This document shows, one piece after another, positions 9,126 through 17,328 of a DNA stretch of 28,643 nucleotides. Every line of letters starts with the position of its first letter. Position 1 is the first letter of the stretch. Under the pieces are notes generated by a model. It was not told where the DNA came from and did no database searches. It saw only the letters and a list, made by a program, of their open reading frames with translations. The translations under genes were made by a program, and so were the position numbers. Source of the stretch: an uncultured Alphaproteobacteria bacterium. GTDB taxonomy: Bacteria > Pseudomonadota > Alphaproteobacteria > Geminicoccales > Geminicoccaceae. The stretch is from positions 1-28,643 of the forward strand of contig CAVWPO010000023.1 in assembly GCA_963756905.1 (NCBI GenBank), read 5' to 3'.

Positions 9126-10264
9126 CGGGGCAGGCCGCCCGGCAGGTAGCGGCGAAGCTCGCGCGGCATCAGTCCCTCGGGCCGGAAGCGGAGGATCAGG
9201 ATCACCATCAGGGCGTAGAGGAGAAAGCGGTACTCCTGGATGATCTGGAGCTTCTGCGGGACCACGACCACGATCACCGCCGCGACCGCGACGCCCCAGG
9301 GATTGCCGATCCCGCCCAGGAGCACGATCGAGACCAGGACCAGGCCGTCGGCGAAGGTGAAGTTGTTGGGCGCGATGAAGCCCAGCATCATGCCGAACAG
9401 AGCGCCCGCGATCCCGGCCAGCAGGTTGCCGAGGGTGAAGGCGGTGATCTTCCAGCGGCCGGGATCGATGCCGAAGCAGGCGGCCGCGGTCTCATCGAGC
9501 CGGACCGCATCCATGTTGAGCCCGATCCAGGAGCGCTCCAGCCGGCGCACCAGGGCGAACGCGATCACCACCAGGAGCAGCGCCAGCAGCACGTAGTTGA
9601 GGTAGAACGAGGCCTTGATCGGGCCGAGCTTGAGGTTGTCGTTGAAGGCCCAGCCGAACAGCTCGATGCCCTTGACCCGCAGCCCCTGCGGCCCGCCCAG
9701 GACGTCGTTGACCTCGAGGAAGGTCCGGAACAGGAGCGCGAAGGCGATCGTGACCACGGCCGCGTAGTGGCCGCGCGTGCGCAGCACCGGATAGAGCAGC
9801 AGGGAGCCGATCAGCGCGGCCATCAGGCCACCGGCGAGCAGCACCAGAAGATGCGGCAGGGCGGTGTCCGCGGCCAGCACGGCCGCCGTGTAGCCGCCGA
9901 TGCCGAAGAACGCGGCGCCGGCGAAGTTGAGGACGCCCGCGTAGCCCAGCTGGATGGTGAGGCCGAGACAGGCGAGGATCTCGACGAGCACGGTCGCGAC
10001 CATCAGGAGCGCGAAGTGGTTGGCGTGGAAGCAGGCCGCGACCACCAGCACGGCCAGCACGGCGGCCCCGCTCAGGGCACCCTCGTTGCGGGCAAAGCTC
10101 GCCTGGACGCGGGCGAGCCAGCCGAGCCGGCCGGCCAGAAGGACGGCGGCCGCGAGGGCCACGAGCAGGATCAGGACGGCGGTCTGGCTCTGGACCCAGA
10201 GCAGGAGCAGCGCTGCCAGGGTCAGGGCGGCAAGCGCCAGGAGTCCCGGCGCGAGGCCCGGCAT
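9122..10264 (-). CDS. livM: branched-chain amino acid ABC transporter permease LivM-type
   Basis: This is the hydrophobic C-terminal 380 codons of track ORF 9122..11416, starting at ATG 10264 (MPGLAPGLLALAAL...). It has multiple TM segments and a LivM-like core (LGYAGVLNFAGAAFFGIGGY). The upstream part of the track ORF runs antisense-frame through livH and is not credible. Confidence 0.85.
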   Translation of the reverse strand: MPGLAPGLLALAALTLAALLLLWVQSQTAVLILLVALAAAVLLAGRLGWLARVQASFARNEGALSGAAVLAVLVVAACFHANHFALLMVATVLVEILACLGLTIQLGYAGVLNFAGAAFFGIGGYTAAVLAADTALPHLLVLLAGGLMAALIGSLLLYPVLRTRGHYAAVVTIAFALLFRTFLEVNDVLGGPQGLRVKGIELFGWAFNDNLKLGPIKASFYLNYVLLALLLVVIAFALVRRLERSWIGLNMDAVRLDETAAACFGIDPGRWKITAFTLGNLLAGIAGALFGMMLGFIAPNNFTFADGLVLVSIVLLGGIGNPWGVAVAAVIVVVVPQKLQIIQEYRFLLYALMVILILRFRPEGLMPRELRRYLPGGLPR

Positions 10265-10272
10265 CGGCGGCC

Positions 10273-11193
10273 TCAGACCCGCTCGCTGACCGGCTCGGCG
10301 ATCAGCCCGGTCGGCCGCCAGGCCATGATCGCGATCACGACCGCGAAGGCGAACACGTCCTTGTACGCGCTCGCGAACGGCAAAGCGACCGCGCCGATGG
10401 TCTGCAGGCCCGCGAACAGGAAGCCGCCCAGGATCGCGCCGTAGAGGTTGCCGAGCCCGCCGACGATCGCCGAGCTGAAGCCGATCACGCCCAAAAGGAG
10501 GCCCATGCCGAAGTTGATCTCGTTGTAATAGAGGCCATTCATCACGCCCGCGAACGCGGCCGCGGCCGAGCCGATCGCGAAGGTGATCAGCACGATGGCG
10601 GTGACGTCGATGCCCATGGTCGCCGCGGTCTCGGCGTCCTGGGCGACCGCGCGGATCGCGAGCCCGAGCCTGGTCCGGTTGATCACGAGATGGATCAGGA
10701 CGATCACCGCGAGGCCGGCGAGCAGCAGGATCACGCTGTCGAGGCGCAGCGTGAAGTCGCCGAAGCTCATCCGGGCGGTTGGCAGCAGCGCCGGGAACCG
10801 CTTGGAATTGGCGCCGTCGGGATAGAACACGCGGATGCTCTCGCGCAGCGCGGTGCCGAGCATGAGCGTGATCAGGAGGGTGTTGAGCGCGGGCGCGCCC
10901 TTGAGCGGCAAGACCAGGAACCTGGCGATCAGGGCACCGAGCAGGGCCATCAGCCCGGCTGCGACCAGCACCACGGCGGCGATCTGGACGACGGGCTCGG
11001 TGATGCCGAGGGCGGTCAGGCCGAGCCAGGTCGAGAAGCCGGCGAAGGCGCCGACCATGAGCACGTCGCCATGGCTGAACTGGATCACGTCGAGGACCCC
11101 GAAGAACAGGGTGAAGCCGACGGCGACCAGGGCGTACATCATGCCGAGCATGAGCCCGTTGACGACGAACTGCCCGAGCAGGCCAAGGTCCAT
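10273..11193 (-). CDS. livH: branched-chain amino acid ABC transporter permease LivH-type
   Basis: Track ORF 10273..11349 trimmed to ATG 11193 (MDLGLLGQFVVNGL..., a typical LivH N-terminus). This start is preceded by GAGGAG 4-5 nt upstream. Polytopic membrane protein. Confidence 0.85.
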   Translation of the reverse strand: MDLGLLGQFVVNGLMLGMMYALVAVGFTLFFGVLDVIQFSHGDVLMVGAFAGFSTWLGLTALGITEPVVQIAAVVLVAAGLMALLGALIARFLVLPLKGAPALNTLLITLMLGTALRESIRVFYPDGANSKRFPALLPTARMSFGDFTLRLDSVILLLAGLAVIVLIHLVINRTRLGLAIRAVAQDAETAATMGIDVTAIVLITFAIGSAAAAFAGVMNGLYYNEINFGMGLLLGVIGFSSAIVGGLGNLYGAILGGFLFAGLQTIGAVALPFASAYKDVFAFAVVIAIMAWRPTGLIAEPVSERV

Positions 11194-11479
11194 GATGCTC
11201 CTCACTTCCGTCACCATCGTGGCCCGTTCGCCGATGCGGCCGCTCCACCGACATCCGGGGGCCTTTCTTGATAGGACCCCTGAGCCCCCGACGGCTCGAT
11301 CGCTCCATGCCGATCCGCCCGCCGACGGCACCCGCCTCGCCGTCCTCATGCAAAGACGGGGATAGAGCCTCGGTCAGATCCTCGGCTTGCCTTTCATAGG
11401 GGCCAGACCCGATCATAAGGGCAAGAGCGGGCGTTCACGACCGGCCAAGGTCCCGGTTTACCCAAAACAGGGGCTTTTC

Positions 11480-11634
11480 GACAGGAGGGACACCGATGTC
11501 GGATGACAGGCGCGACACCGACAGGAGCCACACCCACACCGGACGACCCGATGCCGGATGACCGGAGCGATGCCGATGTCGGACCACGAGAGCGACACCG
11601 ACATCGGACGACAGGAGCCACACCGACATCGGAC
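11480..11634. repeat. degenerate tandem repeat array, ~25-nt unit (consensus about GACAGGAGCGACACCGAYRTCGGAC)
   Basis: Four clean 25-nt units lie at 11480-11504, 11560-11584, 11585-11609 and 11610-11634. Rearranged or partial units lie at 11505-11559. The core CCGATGTCGG occurs at 11493 and 11573. Its reverse complement CCGACATCGG occurs at 11598 and 11623. Confidence 0.6.
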
Positions 11635-11706
11635 TCAAAGGGCCGCAATCGTCCGCCAAGCAGCGCCGGGTTAATCTTTGGTCAACCTTTCCCCGCCAGA
11701 CTTCGA

Positions 11707-11799
11707 GCTCCGTGGTCCATGCGACCGTAGGAATCCGCGCCCGGCCATTTTCCGCACGCGACAGACTCCCACGGTCGCATGGACCATCGGGCACGGAGC
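11707..11799. repeat. long interrupted inverted repeat / hairpin (8+14 bp stem, 42-nt loop)
   Basis: GCTCCGTG-GTCCATGCGACCGT (11707-11728) pairs with ACGGTCGCATGGAC (11771-11784) and CACGGAGC (11792-11799). A 7-nt bulge, CATCGGG, lies on the right arm. I verified the pairing base by base. Confidence 0.6.
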
Positions 11800-12031
11800 G
11801 TAGAATTTGTTGGTTAACCAGAAGTTAATCATCCGTTCCCGGCCTCCCTTTTTGGCGGTTTTGAGGTCAGTTCGTCGCCGGCGGTTGTCACAATGCCCGG
11901 TCGGGGGCTGCAGCACCGCGCGACTTCACCCACCTGAAGGTCGTATCCGCTCTGCCTTTGGCATCGGGCTTGAAGACCCCTTCGGGGGCCATCACGCGGT
12001 GGCGGTCAGAAGCCGCCGTGTGGTGTGCTTG

Positions 12032-12059
12032 GCAAGGCCCCGCTCCGGCGGGGCCTTGC
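12032..12059 (-). terminator. GC-rich stem-loop immediately downstream of the substrate-binding-protein gene (terminator/attenuator-like, no U-tract)
   Basis: A perfect 12-bp stem, GCAAGGCCCCGC/GCGGGGCCTTGC, with the 4-nt loop TCCG. It lies 8 nt past the minus-strand stop at 12068. No T/U run follows on either strand, so its function as an intrinsic terminator is uncertain. Confidence 0.4.
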
Positions 12060-12067
12060 TCTCCTGC

Positions 12068-13238
12068 TCATTCCGTCCCGGTCAGCTTGCGCTTGCCGCT
12101 GGCGTAGTCGCTGTCCTCCCAGACCACCCACTTGCCGTCCTGGACGACGTATTTGGTGATCAGGGCGACCGTGTTCTGGCCGTGGCCGTCGAAGGTGATC
12201 GGGCCGATGATCGAATCGTGGTCCTTGACGTTGGCGAGCGCCTTGGTGACCGCCTCGCGGTCGGGGCCGACCGCCTCGATCGTGTCCAGGAGCAGGTTCA
12301 TGCCGGCAAAGGCGAACGGCCCGTAGGCCTCGGCCGGCTCGCTGTAGCCCGCCTTGGCGTACTGCTCGGTGAAGAACTTGCCGCCCGGCAGCTTCTCGAC
12401 CGGGGCGCCCTCGCGGAAGGCGACCACGCCCTCGGCGAGCGGGCCCAGGCCCTGGATGAAGGCGTCCGAGACGATCCCCGACGTCCCCTGGAACTCGGCC
12501 TTGAGCCCGAGCTTGTCCATCTGCTGGCGGATCCGGATGCCGATCGGGACCAGCCCGCCGAAATAGATCACGTCGGGGTTCAGGGCCTTGGCCTGGGTCA
12601 GCTCGGCCGTGAAGTCCTGCTGATCCGCGGTCACCCCGAAGGTGCCGAGGACGCCGCCGCCCGCGGCCTTCAGAAACTTGCTGAAGTACTTGTTGTGACC
12701 GTTCCCGTAGTCGGTGGTGTCGTGGATGATCACCCAGTTCTGATAGCCGAGGCCGGTCATGAACTGGGCCGCGACCTCGTTCTGGTTGATCATCGTGCCG
12801 TTGACCCGGTGGATCTCCGGGTAGTCGTTGCCGTAGGTGATGTCGGGCAGCACGGCACCCCAGACCACGACCGGCAGACCGAACTTGTGGTAGATGTCGA
12901 CCGTCGCCATCGCCACCACCGAGCAGTAGTGGGTGACCGCGGCGATCACCTGGTCATCGGCCGCGAGCTTGGTCGCGACCTGGACGCCGATGTCCGGTTT
13001 GCACTCGTCGTCGAGGGCTGATCATCTCGTACTGATACTTGGCCTTGGGGTCCTGGTTGCGCAGCCTGACCGCGAGATCGGCCGAGTTGCGCCCGCCGAG
13101 GCCGACCGCCGAGGTCCCGCCGGTGAGCGGCGCGATGAAGCCGACCTTGACCACGTCCTTGGCCAAGGCGGCGGGGCCGGCGAGCGCCAGCGCCAGGCCG
13201 AGCGCGGCGAGCGGCGCGATGCGAAGGCTACGGTTCAC
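12068..13238 (-). pseudogene. branched-chain amino acid ABC transporter substrate-binding protein (LivK/LivJ-like), interrupted by a frameshift
   Basis: The N-terminal ORF 12954..13238 has a GTG start after GGAGGA, the signal peptide MNRSLRIAPLAALGLALALAGPAALA, and then KDVVKVGFIAPLTGG. The rest of the protein is ORF 12068..12949. The downstream frame, read upstream of its first Met, gives LDDECKPDIGVQVATKLAADDQVIAAVTHYCS. This joins directly onto ...KYQYEMIS if one base of the CCC run (plus strand GGG 13015-13017) is removed. Confidence 0.8.
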
Positions 13239-13326
13239 GACGGTTCCTCCCTGTCCAGCTCAGCGGCCCGCTAGACATACCGCCCCGCGCCGAGCTTGCA
13301 AACACCGCCTCGGGAGATCGCCCGCC

Positions 13327-13362
13327 TTGACGTCTGGCAGCAACGACCCATAAATATGGGTC
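13327..13362 (+). promoter_or_regulatory. putative vapBC promoter with palindromic operator
   Basis: TTGACG (13327-13332), then 16 nt, then CATAAA (13349-13354). The perfect inverted repeat GACCCATA-AA-TATGGGTC (13345-13362) overlaps the -10 region, 28 nt upstream of the vapB ATG. Confidence 0.4.
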
Positions 13363-13389
13363 AGTGGTCAAGGGCTGGCGGAGACCCCG

Positions 13390-13641
13390 ATGAAGACGAC
13401 GATCGAGATCAACGATGCCCTGCTGCAGCAGGCCAAGCAGGTTGCCCTCGATCGCAAGCTCAGCCTGAAGGCGGTCGTCGAAGCGGCCCTCCGGCAGTTC
13501 CTGGACCAGCCCCAGGCATTCCAGCAACCCGCCTTCAAGCTCCGCAAATGCACCTTCAAAGGTCAGGGGCTGCAGCCTGGCCTCGATTGGCACGACTGGG
13601 AGACGATTCGCGCCCTGATCTACGAAGGTCGGGGCGGGTGA
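13390..13641 (+). CDS. vapB: type II antitoxin, VapB family (DUF2191-like)
   Basis: 83-aa ORF. The N-terminus MKTTIEINDALLQQAK is typical of VapB/DUF2191 antitoxins. Its stop overlaps the start of the PIN gene (GTGA at 13638-13641). Confidence 0.85.
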   Translation: MKTTIEINDALLQQAKQVALDRKLSLKAVVEAALRQFLDQPQAFQQPAFKLRKCTFKGQGLQPGLDWHDWETIRALIYEGRGG

Positions 13642-14075
13642 TCGCGTTCGATACCAACATTCTCCTGCACGCCCATTGGGAAGATTCACCCTGGCACGAG
13701 CGGGCGTACGGATGTGTCACTTCACAGGCAGAATCCGGGCTGGCCTGGGCGATCCCCTGGCCATGTCTGCATGAGTTCCTCGCGGTCTCGACCCATCCGC
13801 GAATTCACGAGCCGCCGACTCCGTTGCATCGTGCTCTGGAACAGGTGAGCTCGTGGCTGGAGGCGCCGACCCTGCGCCTGCTCGGCCCCGGCACGGGGTA
13901 TTGGGCGGTCCTCCGCGGTCTTCTCGAGTCGAGCGAGACGACTGGCGGCAGAGTCCACGACGCGCACGTTGCCGCGCTCTGCCTGCATCACGGGGTCAGC
14001 GAGCTCTGGAGCGCGGATCGCGACTTCCGCCGCTTCAAGGCTCTGAAAGTCACCAACCCGCTGGTCGACGCCTGA
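13638..14075 (+). CDS. vapC: type II toxin, VapC family PIN-domain ribonuclease
   Basis: This is the C-terminal 145 codons of track ORF 13296..14075, from GTG 13638. VIAFDTNILLHA (first PIN Asp), VHDAHVAALC and ELWSADRDF match PIN acidic motifs. Confidence 0.85.
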   Translation: MIAFDTNILLHAHWEDSPWHERAYGCVTSQAESGLAWAIPWPCLHEFLAVSTHPRIHEPPTPLHRALEQVSSWLEAPTLRLLGPGTGYWAVLRGLLESSETTGGRVHDAHVAALCLHHGVSELWSADRDFRRFKALKVTNPLVDA

Positions 14076-14081
14076 GCTCGC

Positions 14082-14777
14082 TCAGGTCGGCACGTCGGCC
14101 TCGGTCACGCAGTGCACGAGCCGGTAGATGCCGCGCACCCGGCTCGAGGACGCGCCGTGCTCGGTCAGGGCGGCTTCCGAGAGCGGGTCGGCGCGGACCG
14201 CGGCCAGCGCTTCGCTGGCGTAGCCGCCGACCAGGATCACCCAGTCGACGAACTCGTTCGCATCGCCGCGCAGCTTCTTCTCCACGGTCTCCTGGCCGCT
14301 CGTGGTCGGCTCGCCTTCGAGCAGATGGGCGCAAAGGACGCCCGGGCGGCTGACCAGCTCGGGCAGCACGGCCTCGGCGAGCCAGGCGCGCAGCGCGTCC
14401 TCCCGGCCGGTCGCGGGCGACAGCAGGATCATGGTCCAGAACGCCGGCACGCCGCCCGCGCCGAAGCTCGCCGCGACCTTGCAGAGCGTCCGGCTGTTGT
14501 TGTTCATGTGCGGCGTGATGCGGCGCGTCCAGGGGGTCGGATCGTTGAGCCGGTCGAGGTACGGCTGGCCGGTCAGCGTCGCGAGGTCGTCGACCTCATA
14601 GAAGTTGAAATACTTCGGCGCGCCGCTGATCGCGACCGCGCGCTGGCCGCGGCGAAAGCCCTGGATGCCGACCCGCTCGAACATGTGCTCCTTGGAGTGC
14701 CACTCGTTGTAGTCGCTCTCGATCCCGGGCGCCGGATCGTGCCAGATGACCAGCGCGCCTTTGCCCAGAAGGGCCAT
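14082..14777 (-). CDS. conserved hypothetical protein (function unknown)
   Basis: 231-aa ORF, 15 nt downstream of the dehydrogenase gene on the same strand, so probably an operon. Composition is protein-like. No motif I can name with confidence. Confidence 0.6.
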   Translation of the reverse strand: MALLGKGALVIWHDPAPGIESDYNEWHSKEHMFERVGIQGFRRGQRAVAISGAPKYFNFYEVDDLATLTGQPYLDRLNDPTPWTRRITPHMNNNSRTLCKVAASFGAGGVPAFWTMILLSPATGREDALRAWLAEAVLPELVSRPGVLCAHLLEGEPTTSGQETVEKKLRGDANEFVDWVILVGGYASEALAAVRADPLSEAALTEHGASSSRVRGIYRLVHCVTEADVPT

Positions 14778-14792
14778 GCTTGTCTCCCCTCG

Positions 14793-15692
14793 TCACTCTT
14801 GTGGGCCGATCTTGACGCCGTTGACCTTGCCGAGCGCGCGGGCGAGCGCCGGCACGTAGCTCTCGCTCTCGCCCTGGGCGGCGGCGAGCGTGAAGACCTG
14901 GTGGATCGCCTCGCCGAGGAAGGCCGTGGCACCGACGCTCTCGGCCAGATGGGTGTAGTAGCGGACGTCCTTCTGGCCGTTCTTGAGCTTGAAGATCATG
15001 CCGCCCTGGCCGGAGAGCACCCAGGGCATGAAGCGCTGGAAGACCGACGAGTTGGCGCCGCCTTCGCTCACCACCTCGAACAGCTTGGCGAGATCGACGC
15101 CCGCCTTGGTCGCGGTCGTCACCGCCTCGGCGATCAGGGCGGCGGTACCCTGGCTCAGGAAGTTGTTGATCAACTTCATCTTGTGCCCGGAACCGATTGG
15201 TCCGACGTGGAAAATGTTCTCGCAATAGGCCTCGAGCACGGGTCGGATCAGGGCGAGCGTCGCGTCGTCTGCGCCGACCAGCGTGTTCAGCCGGCCGGCC
15301 TCGGCGTCCTTGGGCGAGCGGGTGAGCGGCGCATCGGCAAAGCCGACGTTCCTGGCGGCCAGCGCCTTTGCCACCCGCTCGGTCGAGGCGGGCTCGGCGG
15401 TGGTCGCATCGATCACGATCAGGCCCTCGTGCGCGCCGGCGAGGATGCCGTCGTCGCCGAACACGCAGGCCTCGACCTCGGCCGAGGACGGCACGCAGAG
15501 GATCACGAAGTCGCTCGCGCGCGCGAGCGCCGCCGGGCTCTCGGCCTCGGTGGCGCCGCGGCCCAGCAGGTCCTCGATCGGCTGCCGGTTGCGATGCCCG
15601 AGCACGGCAAGCTCGAAGCCCTTCTCGACGATGTTCCTGGCCATGCCGTGGCCCATCAGCCCGGCGCCGATGAAGCCGATCCGTCCGCTCAT
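14793..15692 (-). CDS. NAD(P)-dependent oxidoreductase, 3-hydroxyisobutyrate dehydrogenase family
   Basis: 299-aa ORF with the N-terminal Rossmann motif IGFIGAGLMGHGMARN. Length and layout are typical of the beta-hydroxyacid dehydrogenase family (MmsB/GarR-like). Confidence 0.85.
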   Translation of the reverse strand: MSGRIGFIGAGLMGHGMARNIVEKGFELAVLGHRNRQPIEDLLGRGATEAESPAALARASDFVILCVPSSAEVEACVFGDDGILAGAHEGLIVIDATTAEPASTERVAKALAARNVGFADAPLTRSPKDAEAGRLNTLVGADDATLALIRPVLEAYCENIFHVGPIGSGHKMKLINNFLSQGTAALIAEAVTTATKAGVDLAKLFEVVSEGGANSSVFQRFMPWVLSGQGGMIFKLKNGQKDVRYYTHLAESVGATAFLGEAIHQVFTLAAAQGESESYVPALARALGKVNGVKIGPQE

Positions 15693-15801
15693 GATCCTTC
15701 CCCCCGCTTCCGGTCCCCCGGCAGCAAAGCCGAGCCCGCGCGGCTTGTCATCCGCAAAGCCGCGTGCATTGGTGCCACGAGCCGCCCGGGAGCCCTGAGC
15801 G

Positions 15802-17319
15802 ATGCGTGCGATCCTGCTGTTGTTCGACAGTCTGAACCGGCGAGCGCTCGAGTGCTATGGCGGGACCACGGTCCGGACCCCGAATTTTTCCCGGCTGGCC
15901 GAGCGCGCCGTGCGCTTCGATCGCCACACGGTCGGCAGCATGCCCTGCATGCCGGCGCGCCGCGACCTGCACACCGGCCGGCTCAACTTTTTGCACCGGA
16001 GCTGGGGCCCGCTCGAGCCGTTCGACAACTCATTCCCGGCGCTGCTCGCCAAGGCCGGCATCTATTCCCACCTGGTCTCCGACCACTATCACTACTTCGC
16101 CGACGGTGGCTGGACCTACCACCAGCGCTACAACAGCTTTGCGTTCATCCGCGGCCAGGAGGCCGACAAGTGGCAGGCGATGGTCCGCCCGCCGCTCGAG
16201 CGCTTTGCCGAGATCTACCACCCCGAGCAGTTCGAGGCTAATCGCGCTGGCTTTCGCCTGCAGCAAATGATCAATCGCGAGAAGATCCGCGAGGAGGCGG
16301 ACTTCCCGGTCGTCCAGTGCTTCGCCAGGAGCTTCGAGTTCCTCGATGCCAACCGGGGCGAGGACAATTGGCTGCTGCAGCTCGAGACCTTCGACCCGCA
16401 CGAGCCGTTCCATGCGCCGGCCCGCTTCCGCAAGGACTACCCGACCAACTATGGCGGCCCGATCCTCGACTGGCCGCGCTATCGCCGGGTGCTCGACCGG
16501 CCGGACGAGATCGCCGAGCTACGCGCCAACTACGCCGCCCTGGTCGCCATGTGCGATCATTATCTGGGCCGCCTGCTCGACTACATGGACGCGCACGACC
16601 TCTGGCGCGACACGGCGCTGATCCTGACCACCGACCACGGCTTCCTGCTCGCCGAGCACGACTGGTGGGGCAAGAACCGGATGCCGTTCTACGACGAGAT
16701 CGCCCACATCCCGCTCATGATCTGGCACCCGGACCATGCGTCCGAGGCCGGCGCGCGCCGCGAGGCGCTGACCCAGACCATCGACCTGATGCCGACCATC
16801 CTGGAGCTGTTCGGCCAGCCGGTGCCGCCCGAGGTGCGCGGTCGTTCCCTGATGCCGTTGCTCGCCGGCGAGACCCGGGTCCGCGAGAGCGCGATCTACG
16901 GCATCTTCGGCGGCGCCACCAACGTCACCGACGGCCGTTTCACCTACTTTCGCTATCCCAGGGACCTGTTCGCGCAGGAGTTGTACGAGTACACGCTGAT
17001 GCCGGTGCACATGCGGGGCTTTTTCGAGCTGAAGGAGTTCGAGGGGGCAAAGCTCGTCGACCCCTTCGACTTCACCAAGGGCCTGCCGATGCTGCGGCTG
17101 CCGGCGAGGAGCGACGCGAGGCGGCCGCCAACCCAGGGCGGCGGCCTCGAGGACGCGGTGACCGTGCTCTACGACACCGAGGCCGATCCCGGCCAGATGA
17201 GCCCGGTCCGGGCGCCCGAGGTCGAGGAGCGGCTGGTTCGCGCCATGCTCGGCCACATGCAGGCGCACGCGGCGCCGGCGGAGGCCTACCTCCGGCTCGA
17301 TCTCGTGCCGCCCGGCTAG
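15802..17319 (+). CDS. sulfatase-like hydrolase (Cys-type, CxPxR motif)
   Basis: 505-aa ORF. LLLFDSLN carries the metal-binding Asp. SMPCMPARRDLHTGR contains the C-x-P-x-R formylglycine motif, and TTDHG is present downstream. Confidence 0.85.
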   Translation: MRAILLLFDSLNRRALECYGGTTVRTPNFSRLAERAVRFDRHTVGSMPCMPARRDLHTGRLNFLHRSWGPLEPFDNSFPALLAKAGIYSHLVSDHYHYFADGGWTYHQRYNSFAFIRGQEADKWQAMVRPPLERFAEIYHPEQFEANRAGFRLQQMINREKIREEADFPVVQCFARSFEFLDANRGEDNWLLQLETFDPHEPFHAPARFRKDYPTNYGGPILDWPRYRRVLDRPDEIAELRANYAALVAMCDHYLGRLLDYMDAHDLWRDTALILTTDHGFLLAEHDWWGKNRMPFYDEIAHIPLMIWHPDHASEAGARREALTQTIDLMPTILELFGQPVPPEVRGRSLMPLLAGETRVRESAIYGIFGGATNVTDGRFTYFRYPRDLFAQELYEYTLMPVHMRGFFELKEFEGAKLVDPFDFTKGLPMLRLPARSDARRPPTQGGGLEDAVTVLYDTEADPGQMSPVRAPEVEERLVRAMLGHMQAHAAPAEAYLRLDLVPPG

Positions 17320-17328
17320 GGTCTGCCG

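Noticed and set aside
6520-10444. Plus-strand ORFs 6520..8367, 8481..9149 and 9101..10444, antisense to ribB and the liv genes
   Set aside because: They have shadow-ORF composition (D/R/G/A/E runs), no motifs, and overlap strongly supported minus-strand genes.
10265-11416. N-terminal 384 codons of the 764-aa track ORF 9122..11416
   Set aside because: This frame runs through livH in an alternative frame. LivM has a sensible ATG at 10264, 8 nt downstream of the livH stop at 10273, on the minus strand.
11480-11634. Possible CRISPR array
   Set aside because: The units are contiguous, degenerate and about 25 nt, with no unique spacers between them. There are no cas genes or leader.
11671-11916. 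Small minus-strand ORF with a GGGAGG SD (ATG ~11850; MINFWLTNKFYAPCPMVHATV...)
   Set aside because: It runs through both arms of the 22-bp inverted repeat and has Arg/Gly-rich shadow-like composition in its second half. There is no supporting motif.
11807-13021. 404-aa plus-strand ORF
   Set aside because: It is antisense to the clearly homologous substrate-binding-protein gene, and its composition is shadow-like.
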